A DNA stretch of 47,712 nt from an uncultured delta proteobacterium (GCA_963755715.1 CAVWLW010000008.1:1-47712); one strand, 5' to 3'; numbered from the stretch's first letter, positions 1 to 9,383 are shown. The notes: generated by a model not told the origin, from the letters alone. Made by a program: numbers and translations.

Positions 1-1
1 T

Positions 2-688
2 TTGTTTCTCGAAAGCGAAGGGGAAGTCAAAGATAGTTCCATGCCTAACGTGTTGTTGCCGGCAGCGTCGCGAAAGCTGCCGCAGACATTATCGGGCGAC
101 GACATCCGCAAGCTGCTGGCTGAGCCCGATGCATCAAACTGGCCGCTCGGCGCGCGCGATCAAGCCATGTTGGAACTCTTGTACGCGACCGGCTTGCGGG
201 TATCGGAACTCGTTGCCCTTGAGACTCGACACATCAGTTTTCAGGGCGATTATCTGACAATCAAAGGGAAGGGGGCTAAAGTCAGGGCCGTGCCTTTCGG
301 CAAATGGGCGCGGGAAAAGCTTACGCGGTATATCAACGAGGTCAGGCCACGGCTCTTGAAGGGCGTCTTCAGTCAGTTCGTTTTTACCAACCGTTCGGGA
401 AAACGCTTGAGCCGGCAAGGCTTCTGGAAGCTTATACGCCGCTATGCGCTGACGGCGGGGATCGATAAGCGCGTGACGCCGCATACCTTGCGCCACTCTT
501 TTGCAACCCACCTGCTCGAAGGTGGCGCGGATTTAAGATCAGTACAGGCGATGTTGGGCCACGCCGATATTTCGACGACGCAAATCTATACTCACGTCGA
601 TGGCGCGCGTCTTAAAAAAATACACCGCGAACATCATCCGAGAGAGCGAAGCGGCACAAAGAAAAGGGTTAATGGAGTGACGGAGTGA
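2..688 (+). CDS. xerD: Site-specific tyrosine recombinase XerD (5' truncated by window edge)
   Basis: Contains RDQAMLELLYATGLRVSEL, KGKG, TPHTLRHSFATHLLEGGADLRSVQAMLGHADISTTQIYTHV; sits upstream of S2P-trpS-scpAB. Confidence 0.92.
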   Translation: MFLESEGEVKDSSMPNVLLPAASRKLPQTLSGDDIRKLLAEPDASNWPLGARDQAMLELLYATGLRVSELVALETRHISFQGDYLTIKGKGAKVRAVPFGKWAREKLTRYINEVRPRLLKGVFSQFVFTNRSGKRLSRQGFWKLIRRYALTAGIDKRVTPHTLRHSFATHLLEGGADLRSVQAMLGHADISTTQIYTHVDGARLKKIHREHHPRERSGTKKRVNGVTE

Positions 689-747
689 TAGAGGCGCGCC
701 CACTGGGTCGCCCGTTTCAGAGGGCAGACACGGGGGTCTGCCCCTAC
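688..747. repeat. Inverted REP doublet (GTAG-type REPIN-like)
   Basis: 722-747 reverse-complements to GTAGGGGCAGACCCCCGTGTCTGCCC (a hairpin); 688-713 ATAGAGGCGCGCCCACTGGGTCGCCC is a degenerate copy in the opposite orientation. Confidence 0.65.
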
Positions 748-834
748 ACAACTATTATAAACCGCATTCTTCCACCTTGTCTTTTCCTCGGCCTTGCCGT
801 ATTCATATTGGAGTAGTTCTCCCGCGGAACCCTA

Positions 835-1506
835 TTGGAAGAAACAATCCGTCAAATCGCGATTTGGGCGCTTCCTGTTTTGGTCGCAGTCGTGTTTCAT
901 GAAGTCGCCCACGGTTGGGTGGCGTACCGGCTCGGTGATTCGACCGCTGCGCGACTTGGCCGATTGACGCTCAATCCTTTTGCGCATGTCGATCTATTTG
1001 GCACGATTCTGTTGCCGCTGATGTTGATCGTCACCCACGCGCCTTTTGTGTTCGGCTATGCCAAACCGGTGCCGGTTAACTTTCTCAATTTGCGCAATCC
1101 CAAACGCGATATGATTTGGGTTGCCGCGGCTGGACCGGCAATGAACTTGGCGCTGGCGTTTGTTTGCACGGTGATCTGGAAGTCGCTTGCGCCGATGCTC
1201 GACGCACGGCCGGACCCAGCAGCGGGATCGGCGGCTGGCAATTACGTCACGGCGATTGTGTTGATGGCTCAGAGCGGGATTTTGATCAACGTCGTATTGG
1301 CGGTGTTCAATATGTTGCCGTTACCGCCGCTGGATGGCGGGCGGGTTTTGGTCGGCTTGCTGCCGCGCGCGCTAGCGGTGAAATTGGCGCGCATCGAGCC
1401 TTTCGGCTTCATCATTCTGATCGTATTGCTGATGACGCATACTTTGGACTACATCATCGATCCACCGACGGAGTTCTTGTTGAAGCTTTATTTGCGTGCG
1501 TTTTAG
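835..1506 (+). CDS. Site-2 protease, peptidase M50 family
   Basis: HEVAH zinc motif, AAGP, NMLPLPPLDGGR, hydrophobic segments. Confidence 0.93.
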   Translation: MEETIRQIAIWALPVLVAVVFHEVAHGWVAYRLGDSTAARLGRLTLNPFAHVDLFGTILLPLMLIVTHAPFVFGYAKPVPVNFLNLRNPKRDMIWVAAAGPAMNLALAFVCTVIWKSLAPMLDARPDPAAGSAAGNYVTAIVLMAQSGILINVVLAVFNMLPLPPLDGGRVLVGLLPRALAVKLARIEPFGFIILIVLLMTHTLDYIIDPPTEFLLKLYLRAF

Positions 1507-1519
1507 CTTCGGGCAAATT

Positions 1520-2497
1520 ATGGAAACCATCGTCAGCGGTATGCGACCCACGGGACGGCTTCACCTGGGCCATTTACACGGCGCGCTAAAAAATTGGCTG
1601 AAGCTGCAAGAACAATATCAGTGCTACTTTTTTGTCGCCGACTGGCACGCCCTGACGACCGACTACGCGAGCCCCCAAGGGATTCAGCAGAGCACTATCG
1701 ATATGGTGATGGACTGGCTGAGCATCGGTCTCGACCCGGCGAAGTCCGTCTTGTTTCGCCAATCGCGGGTCAAGGAACACGCCGAGCTGCATCTGCTCTA
1801 CTCGATGATTACGCCGGTGCCGTGGCTCGAACGCAATCCGACTTATAAGGAACAGCTCAAGGAAATCGTCGGCAAGGATTTATCGACCTACGGTTTCCTC
1901 GGCTATCCGGTTTTGCAGGCGGCCGATATCACGATTTACAAAGCCAACAAAGTTCCGGTCGGCGTCGATCAGGCGCCTCATGTCGAGCTGACCCGCGAGA
2001 TCGTGCGGCGATTCAATCAGCTTTACCAGCCGATTTTCCCCGAGCCGGAGGTTTTGCTGACCGAAACGCAAAAGATGCCGGGGCTAGACGGCCGCAAGAT
2101 GAGCAAGAGCTACGGCAACGCGGTGTTTTTATCGGACACGCCGAAGGAGATCGATCAAAAGCTCAGCCGCATGATGACCGACCCCGCTCGCGTACGACGC
2201 ACCGATCCGGGCGAACCGGAAAAGTGTCCGGCCTTTCAACTGCACAAGATTTATTGCACTCCCGAGGAAATCGCCCAGGTTTCACAAGGCTGCCGAAGCG
2301 CCGGCATCGGCTGCCTGGAATGCAAAAAAATTATGATCAAGCACGTGATCGAGGATCTGGCGCCGTTTCGCGAGAAGCGCGCGCATTATCAGGACAAGCC
2401 GGGCGAGGTCGAAGAAATACTCGAGTCGGGAACCCGACAGGCGCAAAGCGCCGCCGCGGCGACCATGACCGAGGTGAGAGGAACACTAGGGCTGTGA
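1520..2497 (+). CDS. trpS: Tryptophanyl-tRNA synthetase
   Basis: SGMRPTGRLHLGH (HIGH-like), GYPVLQAADI, VPVGVDQ, KMSKS; ATG at 1520. Confidence 0.97.
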   Translation: METIVSGMRPTGRLHLGHLHGALKNWLKLQEQYQCYFFVADWHALTTDYASPQGIQQSTIDMVMDWLSIGLDPAKSVLFRQSRVKEHAELHLLYSMITPVPWLERNPTYKEQLKEIVGKDLSTYGFLGYPVLQAADITIYKANKVPVGVDQAPHVELTREIVRRFNQLYQPIFPEPEVLLTETQKMPGLDGRKMSKSYGNAVFLSDTPKEIDQKLSRMMTDPARVRRTDPGEPEKCPAFQLHKIYCTPEEIAQVSQGCRSAGIGCLECKKIMIKHVIEDLAPFREKRAHYQDKPGEVEEILESGTRQAQSAAAATMTEVRGTLGL

Positions 2498-3267
2498 GCA
2501 CGCGCGTCCAATTGGAATTTTTCGAAGGCCCCTTGGATCTCTTACTTCACCTGATCAAGAAAAACGAGGTCAGCATCACCGATATCCCGATCGCGACGAT
2601 CACCGAACAATATCTGGCGACGTTGGAATTGATGGAAACTTTTAGCCTCGATGTAGCCGGCGAGTTTCTCGTCATGGCGGCAACGCTGATCCATATCAAG
2701 TCGCGCATGCTCCTACCGGCCGGAGACGAGGAGAGCGATGACGACGAGGCTGGGATCGACCCGCGCGATGAATTGGTGCGCCGCTTGTTGGAGTACCAGC
2801 GTTACAAAGACGCGGCCACGGAGCTGGAGCAGCGCGAGATTTTGACGCGCGACGTGTTTGTGCGCGCCCCACCGCCGGCGGAGGAGAGCGGCCCGCGCGG
2901 TTTTCGCGAGATTTCAGTCTTCGAATTGCTCGGCGCGCTCAAGCGAGTCATCGACCGGCTGCCGAAAGACAGCTTCCACGAAGTCACCCTCGATAAAATT
3001 ACCGTACGCGAAAAAATGACGCTGCTGCTCGATAAATTGCGCCATCAAGGAAGCGTTTTATTCGAGCTGCTCTTCGACGAAGCCAAAACCCGCATGGACG
3101 TGGTGGTGACCTTTCTCGCGATGCTGGAACTGGTCAAAGTACGGGCGATCCGCATCCTGCAGGAAGAGATGGCCGGGCCGATCATGATCGAAGCGGCCAC
3201 CGGGATGGACGAAGCCGCGGAGCGCGTCGTGCTCGACGAAACCGAGGAGAAACAAGATGGAGCGTGA
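2494..3267 (+). CDS. scpA: Segregation and condensation protein A
   Basis: FEGPLDLLLHLI, EFLVMAATLIHIKSRMLLP, VTFLAMLELVK; GTG start overlaps the trpS stop (GTGA). Confidence 0.95.
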   Translation: MSTRVQLEFFEGPLDLLLHLIKKNEVSITDIPIATITEQYLATLELMETFSLDVAGEFLVMAATLIHIKSRMLLPAGDEESDDDEAGIDPRDELVRRLLEYQRYKDAATELEQREILTRDVFVRAPPPAEESGPRGFREISVFELLGALKRVIDRLPKDSFHEVTLDKITVREKMTLLLDKLRHQGSVLFELLFDEAKTRMDVVVTFLAMLELVKVRAIRILQEEMAGPIMIEAATGMDEAAERVVLDETEEKQDGA

Positions 3268-3832
3268 CGAGATCAAATCCATCCTGGAGAGTCTCTTGTT
3301 TGTCGCCGATGGACCGCAGTCCGTGCAGCGTCTGGCCGAGGTGCTCGATCCGGTGGACAAAGAATTAATCCATGAGCTGCTCCATGAGCTGCGGCAGGAC
3401 TTCGAAGCGCAAAACCGGGGCATTCGCTTGGTGGAAGTCGCGGGCGGCTATCAGTTGCGCACGCCCAAAGCTAACGCAGAAGCGGTCAAGAAATTTCTTG
3501 GCGGCCGGCCTGCCAGGATGGGCAAAGCGACGTTGGAAACTCTCGCGATCGTCGCCTACCGCCAGCCCATCACTAAAGCCGAGATCGAAGCGATCCGCGG
3601 TGTCGACGTGGACGGCGTTATCACGACGCTCTTGGAACGAAACCTGATCCGCGCGGTGGCGCGCAAAGATGTTCCCGGCCGGCCGTTTCTCTACGGCACG
3701 ACGCCTGAGTTTCTGCAGCTTTTCAATTTAAAAGATCTATCTCAGTTGCCGACGCTCAAAGAAATGGAAGAAATCTCGCTGCCGGAAGTCCCCGCCGAGA
3801 CGACCTCGGTCGACCAGCTTGAAGAGACCTGA
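3257..3832 (+). CDS. scpB: Segregation and condensation protein B
   Basis: ESLLF, EVAGGYQLRT, LETLAIVAYRQPITKAEIEAIRGV, GRPFLYGTT. Confidence 0.96.
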   Translation: MERDEIKSILESLLFVADGPQSVQRLAEVLDPVDKELIHELLHELRQDFEAQNRGIRLVEVAGGYQLRTPKANAEAVKKFLGGRPARMGKATLETLAIVAYRQPITKAEIEAIRGVDVDGVITTLLERNLIRAVARKDVPGRPFLYGTTPEFLQLFNLKDLSQLPTLKEMEEISLPEVPAETTSVDQLEET

Positions 3833-3844
3833 TTGTGCCACCTC

Positions 3845-4630
3845 ATGGACCGTTTGCAAAAAATTATCTCTCGAGCCGGTTTGGCTTCCCGCCGTGAAGC
3901 GGAGCGGTGGATTGTAGAAGGGCGTGTCTCGGTCAACGGCAGCGTCATTCGCAAACTCGGCACTCAGGCAGATCCCGCCAAAGACAGCATCAAAGTTGAT
4001 GGCAAACGCATCAAGCCGGCCGTGGCGCCGCTTTACTATGCGTTTCACAAACCGCCCGGCGTTATCACGACGCTGAACGACCCGGAGCACCGTCCCGATC
4101 TGACGCCGTATCTCGCGCGCCTCGGCGAGAAAAAGCGCGTCTTTCCCGTCGGCCGGCTCGACTACAATACCACCGGACTCTTGCTTTTGACCAATGACGG
4201 CGATTTAGCCCTCCGCTTGGCCCATCCGCGTTTCGGCGTCAAAAAGCTTTACCATACAAAACTGAGCGCCTGCCCAACTGAAGAGGATTTTGCCCGGCTG
4301 CGCAAGGGGATCCGTCTAGACGACGGCATGAGCGCGCCGGCGCGCGCTCGGGTGATCGACAAGCTCAAGAAAAATGCCTGGGTGGAAATCGAAGTTCATG
4401 AAGGACGCAAACGCGAAGTGCGCCGCATGTTCGAAGCGCTGGGGTATTTCGTTGAGAAACTGATTCGCGTTCGCGTCGGTTCCGTTTCACTCGGTCCCTT
4501 GGCGCAAGGGGAGCTGCGGCCGCTAAGCCGGAGCGAAATCCAATCGCTCAAATCCGAAGTCGGCTTAGAGCGCTCCGGACATCATTCATCCGATCGAAGG
4601 CGCCTAAAAAAGAAAAGGGCGGCTTCTTGA
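3845..4630 (+). CDS. rluB: 23S rRNA pseudouridine synthase, RluB/RsuA family
   Basis: S4 domain RLQKIISRAGLASRREAE; catalytic VGRLDYNTTGLLLLTNDG; follows scpB. Confidence 0.9.
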   Translation: MDRLQKIISRAGLASRREAERWIVEGRVSVNGSVIRKLGTQADPAKDSIKVDGKRIKPAVAPLYYAFHKPPGVITTLNDPEHRPDLTPYLARLGEKKRVFPVGRLDYNTTGLLLLTNDGDLALRLAHPRFGVKKLYHTKLSACPTEEDFARLRKGIRLDDGMSAPARARVIDKLKKNAWVEIEVHEGRKREVRRMFEALGYFVEKLIRVRVGSVSLGPLAQGELRPLSRSEIQSLKSEVGLERSGHHSSDRRRLKKKRAAS

Positions 4631-4668
4631 ACCGCCCTCATCGTCTCCATTCGAAAAACATTTTCGGC

Positions 4669-5838
4669 TTAATGGCGCAGGCTGCAGAACTCTTCGTAGT
4701 CGATCAGCTCATGAATCGTCGGATGATCGCCGCACATCGGGCAATTCGGATCGCGGCGCAGATTGAGCGTATTGATCTCCATCGTCAAGGTGTTGAAGCA
4801 GAGCAAGCGTCCGACCAGGTGCTCGCCTTTGCCGAGAATAAGCTTGATCGCTTCCAAAGCTTCTATCACGCCGATCAAGCCCGGCAATACGCCTAACACG
4901 CCGGCTTCGGCACAACTCGGCGCCAGCTCTGCCGGCGGCGGCTCGGGATAGAGGCAACGGTAGCAGGGGCCTTTTTTCGGATAAAAAACCGTGGCCTGGC
5001 CTTCGAACTGAAAGATGCTGCCGTGCACGTTTGGCTTGCCGGTCAGCACGCAGGCATCGTTGACTAGATAGCGCGTCGGAAAATTATCACAGCCGTCGAC
5101 CACGAAATCGTAATCCTTGATGATTTCCATGATATTTTCGGAAGTCAGCTTGGCTTGATAAGGGATCACTTTCACATCCGGGTTGAGCGCCTCGAGAGTT
5201 TTTTTGGCCGACTCGACCTTGGGCATGCCGACCCGATCGTTGGCGTGCAGGATTTGCCGCTGCAAGTTGGAAACGTCGACAACGTCATTGTCGATGATTC
5301 CCAAAGTTCCGACTCCGGCGGCGGCGAGATAATAAGCGGCAGGTGAACCGAGACCACCCGCTCCGACCAACAACACTTTGGCTTGCAGCAGTTTCGCCTG
5401 CCCGTCCTCGCCGACCTCAGGCAGAAGGAAATGCCGGCTGTAACGGATTAACTGGTCCGGGGTATATTGAAAATCCTGAACCCATTTAAAGCCGCCATTC
5501 TTCCAAGCGCCATAGCCGCCCGCCATCGAAGAAACATTTTGATAGCCCATCTCTTTCATGACCTTGGCGGCCAAAAGCGAGCGCGTGCCGCCAGCGCAAT
5601 AAGCGATAATCGGCGCGTTTTTGTCAGGCACCGTTGTTTCCACTTTGATTTCAAGAAAGCCGCGGGGCAGGGGAAGCGCTCCTTCCAAATGCCCTTGACG
5701 CCATTCGTCGCTTTCACGAACATCAAGGATAACCGGTGACTTGCCGTTGTTTTTAAGCAGTTCGTTGACTTGCTGCGCGCTTACTTCCGGCACTTCCTTG
5801 CGCGCCTCGGCCATTATGTCTTGAAAATTCTTGGCCAT
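4669..5838 (-). CDS. moeB: Rhodanese-ThiF/MoeB fusion (sulfur-carrier adenylyltransferase, MoeZ-like)
   Basis: N-terminal rhodanese (DVRE...YCAGGTRS); RYSRH, GAGGLG, SNLQRQ, CYRC, CPMC. Confidence 0.9.
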   Translation of the reverse strand: MAKNFQDIMAEARKEVPEVSAQQVNELLKNNGKSPVILDVRESDEWRQGHLEGALPLPRGFLEIKVETTVPDKNAPIIAYCAGGTRSLLAAKVMKEMGYQNVSSMAGGYGAWKNGGFKWVQDFQYTPDQLIRYSRHFLLPEVGEDGQAKLLQAKVLLVGAGGLGSPAAYYLAAAGVGTLGIIDNDVVDVSNLQRQILHANDRVGMPKVESAKKTLEALNPDVKVIPYQAKLTSENIMEIIKDYDFVVDGCDNFPTRYLVNDACVLTGKPNVHGSIFQFEGQATVFYPKKGPCYRCLYPEPPPAELAPSCAEAGVLGVLPGLIGVIEALEAIKLILGKGEHLVGRLLCFNTLTMEINTLNLRRDPNCPMCGDHPTIHELIDYEEFCSLRH

Positions 5839-5867
5839 GATTCCTCCTAGATGGACCTTGTAGGTCT

Positions 5868-5896
5868 AAATTATGCACCGACCAGAGAAATGTCAA
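5868..5896 (-). promoter_or_regulatory. Candidate sigma70 promoter for moeB
   Basis: Minus strand TTGACA (5896-5891), 17 nt, TAATTT; AGGAGG Shine-Dalgarno just before the ATG. Confidence 0.45.
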
Positions 5897-5991
5897 GACG
5901 ACTGCCGAATCTAGTAGATTAGACTGACGTCCGGCCGTGTTTAGCGCGACATCGCTGGATTTTTTTGCGTCGTCAAGTTGCAAAGGTAAGA

Positions 5992-6246
5992 TTATCTTTC
6001 CCGGACAAAACCACGCGCTTCCAACTGCTGCGCGCAACTTTCCACCGCCGCGGCGAGCACCGCAGGGTCGCTCCTCCCCATTCGATCGCTGGCGTTGCAG
6101 TTTAGGGTTTGATCGGTTTCGGGATTGTGCATCTTGATCAATAGCGGCGGCGGTCCGGAAGCACACCCAAAAATAATCGCGACGAACACATACGTAAGCA
6201 AAAGAAGCTCGCTCTTAGAGCGATATTTACTGCGCTCTAGCCGCAT
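5992..6246 (-). CDS. Small hypothetical lipoprotein
   Basis: Basic N-terminus, hydrophobic stretch, IIFGC lipobox; a further Cys pair; start uncertain. Confidence 0.55.
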   Translation of the reverse strand: MRLERSKYRSKSELLLLTYVFVAIIFGCASGPPPLLIKMHNPETDQTLNCNASDRMGRSDPAVLAAAVESCAQQLEARGFVRER

Positions 6247-6370
6247 TGCTTGATTGGTTCGAAGAAAATTTTCCGCGTGCGAAAAATATTTCATCGCTGT
6301 TTGATCCTGCTTTGCGATAGATGCTAACAAATAACAGAGCCAACGACAAAGAAAAATCAGAATTCGTGTG

Positions 6371-6409
6371 GCCCCCGTAGCTCAGGTGGATAGAGCGCAG
6401 GATTCCTAA
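6371..6409 (+). repeat. Displaced 5' half of tRNA-Arg(CCT), att direct repeat
   Basis: 39/39 identical to 8813-8851 and ends exactly after the anticodon loop TTCCTAA. Confidence 0.93.
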
Positions 6410-6449
6410 AAGTGCTCACCCGTTCAACTGAGTTAACTCCCCGCCGCAG

Positions 6450-6803
6450 ACGAGAACAGGGAAGGGGAGATTCGCCCCCGGCGGTTCATCAGGCAACAAG
6501 AAAGCGCTCAAGCACGGCCTTTACGTCTATCAAGCCATGCTAAACGGTAAGGCCTGGACGACACCGTCAAGAACATGCTCTACATCGCCAGCCTGGATAG
6601 TTACCTGATGGGGATTGAAAAGCTTGGTGCGCAAGGGCAAGCCGCATCCCGTGTTGGCGATCAGAACGCGGCTATCCGCCCATTTGCGCGAGAATCTCAA
6701 AACCCTTGGGCTTAGGCGCGTAAGCAAGGCGCTCACCGTTACCGACGTGCTCAACGGCCACGATGAAACACCAGCAAGTCCAAATGCTGAGGGGATGCAG
6801 TGA
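6450..6803 (+). pseudogene. Phage terminase small subunit-like remnant
   Basis: GRFAPGGSSGNKKALKHGLY (GNxxAxKHG at 6492-6524) then, after frameshifts, KPHPVLAIR...LKTLGL; directly upstream of terL. Confidence 0.6.
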
Positions 6804-7045
6804 GCGGCGCAGCGCTCAGATCGTGCGCCATAAAGTCGTTAACGACTAGCAGCGGGCAATCTGACACGTGTCAGAACCCGTTCTGCAAGTCTATCATTGA
6901 GGCCTTGCCGGATGGGTGGCGCAGGACCAAGCGGCGCTACTGCTCGAACCGGTGCAAGCTCGACGGCTACGCGCTACGGCGCGCCGAGGCGCTGCTCAAC
7001 CGTGTTGGAATAGTCAGGTTCCACGATCTACTGGATCAGGCATGA
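6800..7045 (+). CDS. Hypothetical zinc-finger-like phage protein
   Basis: CQNPFC...RRYCSNRCK Cys pattern; GTG start overlaps the upstream stop. Confidence 0.5.
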   Translation: MSGAALRSCAIKSLTTSSGQSDTCQNPFCKSIIEALPDGWRRTKRRYCSNRCKLDGYALRRAEALLNRVGIVRFHDLLDQA

Positions 7046-7183
7046 CCGGGCGCGAAGTCAGACCTACTTGTTGTAAAACAGAAGAAAAAGAACAGCGCCG
7101 ACAATGAGAACCACCACTACCACCACAGTTTCAGAGTCGGCCATATAGGCGGGTAGCTTATCACAACGGCGAAAACGTTCACA

Positions 7184-7570
7184 ATGATCAAGAACGTCAG
7201 CCCGATTCACTTCATTGACACACTCGTTAGTAAAAACGAGCTGGGCCAGCCCTTCAAGCTCATCGACCATCAGCGGGAGATATTACGGCTGCCTTCGCCT
7301 TCGATAGCGCTGGCCGCTTGCCCTACGACACGATCTTGTACAGTTGCATCAAGAAGAGCGGCAAGACCACGCTCAACGGTGCAATTTCCCTCGGTTGGGG
7401 ATTCACCCGAGAGTCACCCAACGAAATTTTGATCCGTGGCAACGACCTGGAGCAAACCCTTGCCCGCGTGTTTCGCACCAGGAAGGCATTATCCAGCACA
7501 ATCCCGAGCTGCATCGCGAAGCCGAAGCAGAGCAAGAGCATTTACTTGGCCAACGGTACGATCATAACGG
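7184..7570 (+). pseudogene. Phage terminase large subunit, N-terminal ATPase fragment
   Basis: PFKLIDHQREIL adenine-binding Q motif, Walker A-like SCIKKSGKTT, NDLEQ; frameshifted and truncated. Confidence 0.75.
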
Positions 7571-7571
7571 C

Positions 7572-7775
7572 GGCGAAATTGGAATTCTTCAAGATGTGTC
7601 GATTGGTGTTTTGGTCGATACGACACTCTTTCTGTTTATCGACTACCAAGCCTTTCGATATGTGGGATCGATGTCTTTCGATGACTCCATATCTTGCCAG
7701 AAAATTTATAACCTGCTGAAACCGAACGTAGACCGCTCGATCAAAGAGATCGGTGATCTGGAACTGGAACCTTAA
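7572..7775 (+). pseudogene. 3' fragment of a hypothetical protein fused to the truncated terL
   Basis: Open frame GEIGILQDVSI...MSFDDSISCQKIYNLL...IKEIGDLELEP* with no start of its own. Confidence 0.4.
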
Positions 7776-8034
7776 ATTCTCGCCCTACGCCCGTGGCTGC
7801 GCCTTCGCGTGCAGCACGCTCTTCACTCACCGACGCCGGAGAGGGCACCAAATCTAGGGTCGACACTTTGACCTGATTCATTGTGTGCGAAAAACTTAAC
7901 AGGTAAAATTGCCGAATCTTCAACTCCCGCGCGTTGACCTAGTCTCTCCAAAGTCCGATTGAAACTGAAGGCACAATCCGTGCTCAATCTGTACTTTAGC
8001 AAGGGCAAAGAGAATCGCATTCTCGGAAGGTGAA

Positions 8035-8154
8035 ATGATGAAATTTAGAGAAATGTCACTCTGGCATAAGTTATCCATTGTCGCCGCTGTTCTTGTCGGT
8101 GGCGTAGTGACTCGCTATGCAGCACTCGTCATTATGGCCGGGGGTCATTTCTGA
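8035..8154 (+). CDS. 39-aa hydrophobic small protein (not in ORF track)
   Basis: MMKFREMSLWHKLSIVAAVLVGGVVTRYAALVIMAGGHF*, preceded by GGAAGGTG SD-like sequence. Confidence 0.45.
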   Translation: MMKFREMSLWHKLSIVAAVLVGGVVTRYAALVIMAGGHF

Positions 8155-8294
8155 CCTTCCAGCGGGCCTTTATGACATGACGAAGTGGGACGAGTACCGG
8201 CCCGAGAGAAGTAACGTGTGTGATTCGTGTATGTTCGCTGATCTGTTTAGTAGAAAGGAATAGTAATGAAATTTATTAACTTAAGCATGTTGAA

Positions 8295-8737
8295 AAGAAG
8301 GGGATAAGAGAAATTCCAATCCCGGGCGAACTCGTGACTGCTCTTAGGGAATGGAAAGACAAATGTCCGAAGAGCAGGCTCGAGCTGGTGTTCTACAACG
8401 AATTTGGCGAACCGTGCGACCGGACTGGAATCGGTCGTTATGGTTTGACGCCAGCGCTCAAACAGGCAGAAATCGAAAAGGTCAATCACGATGCACAGGC
8501 TGAGACACACTTACGCGTCCATGTTGATCCTGCTCAGAAGGCCGATCAGGGGCATGCGTAGCGATCTCGAACGGCTGATCCAAAACGGTTAGGGGTGTCC
8601 AATGGCAAATCCAATTATAAAGCGGTTCCGAGACGACAGTGACAATGAAAATCTACGCGCATTTCCTGAAAGAGAAAAAGCAGGACTCAAACGGTTCATT
8701 GATGAGGGTCTCCAGGACGGAGATGTTCAGCCGCTGA
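8295..8737 (+). pseudogene. Tyrosine integrase C-terminal remnant
   Basis: IREIPIPGELVTALREWK..CP..LVF; HRLRHTYAS at 8494-8520; KIYAHF near 8648-8665; LGH region lost; frameshifted. Confidence 0.8.
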
Positions 8738-8812
8738 CGAATGTCAGGCACAAATAGGCACAGATTGACACAGGAGAAAAAAAATATAACTGTAACTAGC
8801 TGATATTACTAC

Positions 8813-8886
8813 GCCCCCGTAGCTCAGGTGGATAGAGCGCAGGATTCCTAATCCTGAGGCCGTGAGTTCGAATCTCGCCGGGGGCA
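8813..8886 (+). tRNA. tRNA-Arg (anticodon CCT)
   Basis: Full cloverleaf: GCCCCCG/CGGGGGC acceptor, GCTC/GAGC D arm, CAGGA-TTCCTAA-TCCTG anticodon arm, GTGAG-TTCGAAT-CTCGC T arm; CCA not encoded. Confidence 0.97.
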
Positions 8887-9005
8887 TTTGAAATCAACTA
8901 AGGTGGGCGTTACTCTGCGCAAGTGTCTAATGTGTCCACGTTTTTGTTCTCTTTGAAAAAGCACTCATCGTTCGTTTCACATTTGCGCTGTAACATTCAT
9001 GGTCT

Positions 9006-9383
9006 CTAAAGGCTTTTCATCTTCAGCCGGCCTTTTGCGTTGAGAATCAATCCGGCTGGGCGGGAAATCCAGTCCGTCTTGGTTCGCGGTATCCAATGGG
9101 AATAGACTTTCAACGTGATCTGCGAGTCAGCGTGTCCAAGATAGTTCGATACTTCCGTGATCGGTGTATCCTAGAACAACAGCAGAGGCGAAGGTATCGT
9201 GGAGCGCGTGCCTATCGAGTTTTTTGACTTCGGCTCTCTACGAATCATCTGAAAAGCCCTCTTCTTAGAACCGTCTTTCGATCGTGCAGGCCCCGTCTTT
9301 CTTTGGGAATACCAAGCCCACTTAGTGATAAGGCAGGAGACCTTCCAACGTTTTAGCCCCTGCATCACCTCGCGGAGGAACAC
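9006..9383 (-). pseudogene. Second tyrosine integrase remnant, facing the tRNA 3' end
   Basis: Minus-strand pieces LKRWK, AEVKKLDRHALHDTFAS, TPITEVSNYLGHADSQITLKVYSHW; contains stops and frameshifts. Confidence 0.8.

Larger units (their letters stand above)
6371..8851. mobile_element. Decayed prophage or phage-satellite-like element integrated in tRNA-Arg
   Basis: Bounded by a 39 bp tRNA direct repeat; contains terminase small and large subunit fragments and a tyrosine integrase fragment. Confidence 0.8.

Noticed and set aside
2-688. xerD as the integrase of a mobile element or the integron
   Set aside because: Canonical XerD motifs in a housekeeping gene context, and it lacks the IntI-specific insertion.
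2224-2493. N-terminal extension of ScpA overlapping trpS
   Set aside because: ScpA similarity starts at GTG 2494; the extension is an alternative frame of trpS.
8205-8292. AT-rich att-like or dif-like stretch preceding the integrase remnant
   Set aside because: No partner repeat and no 11-6-11 dif match.
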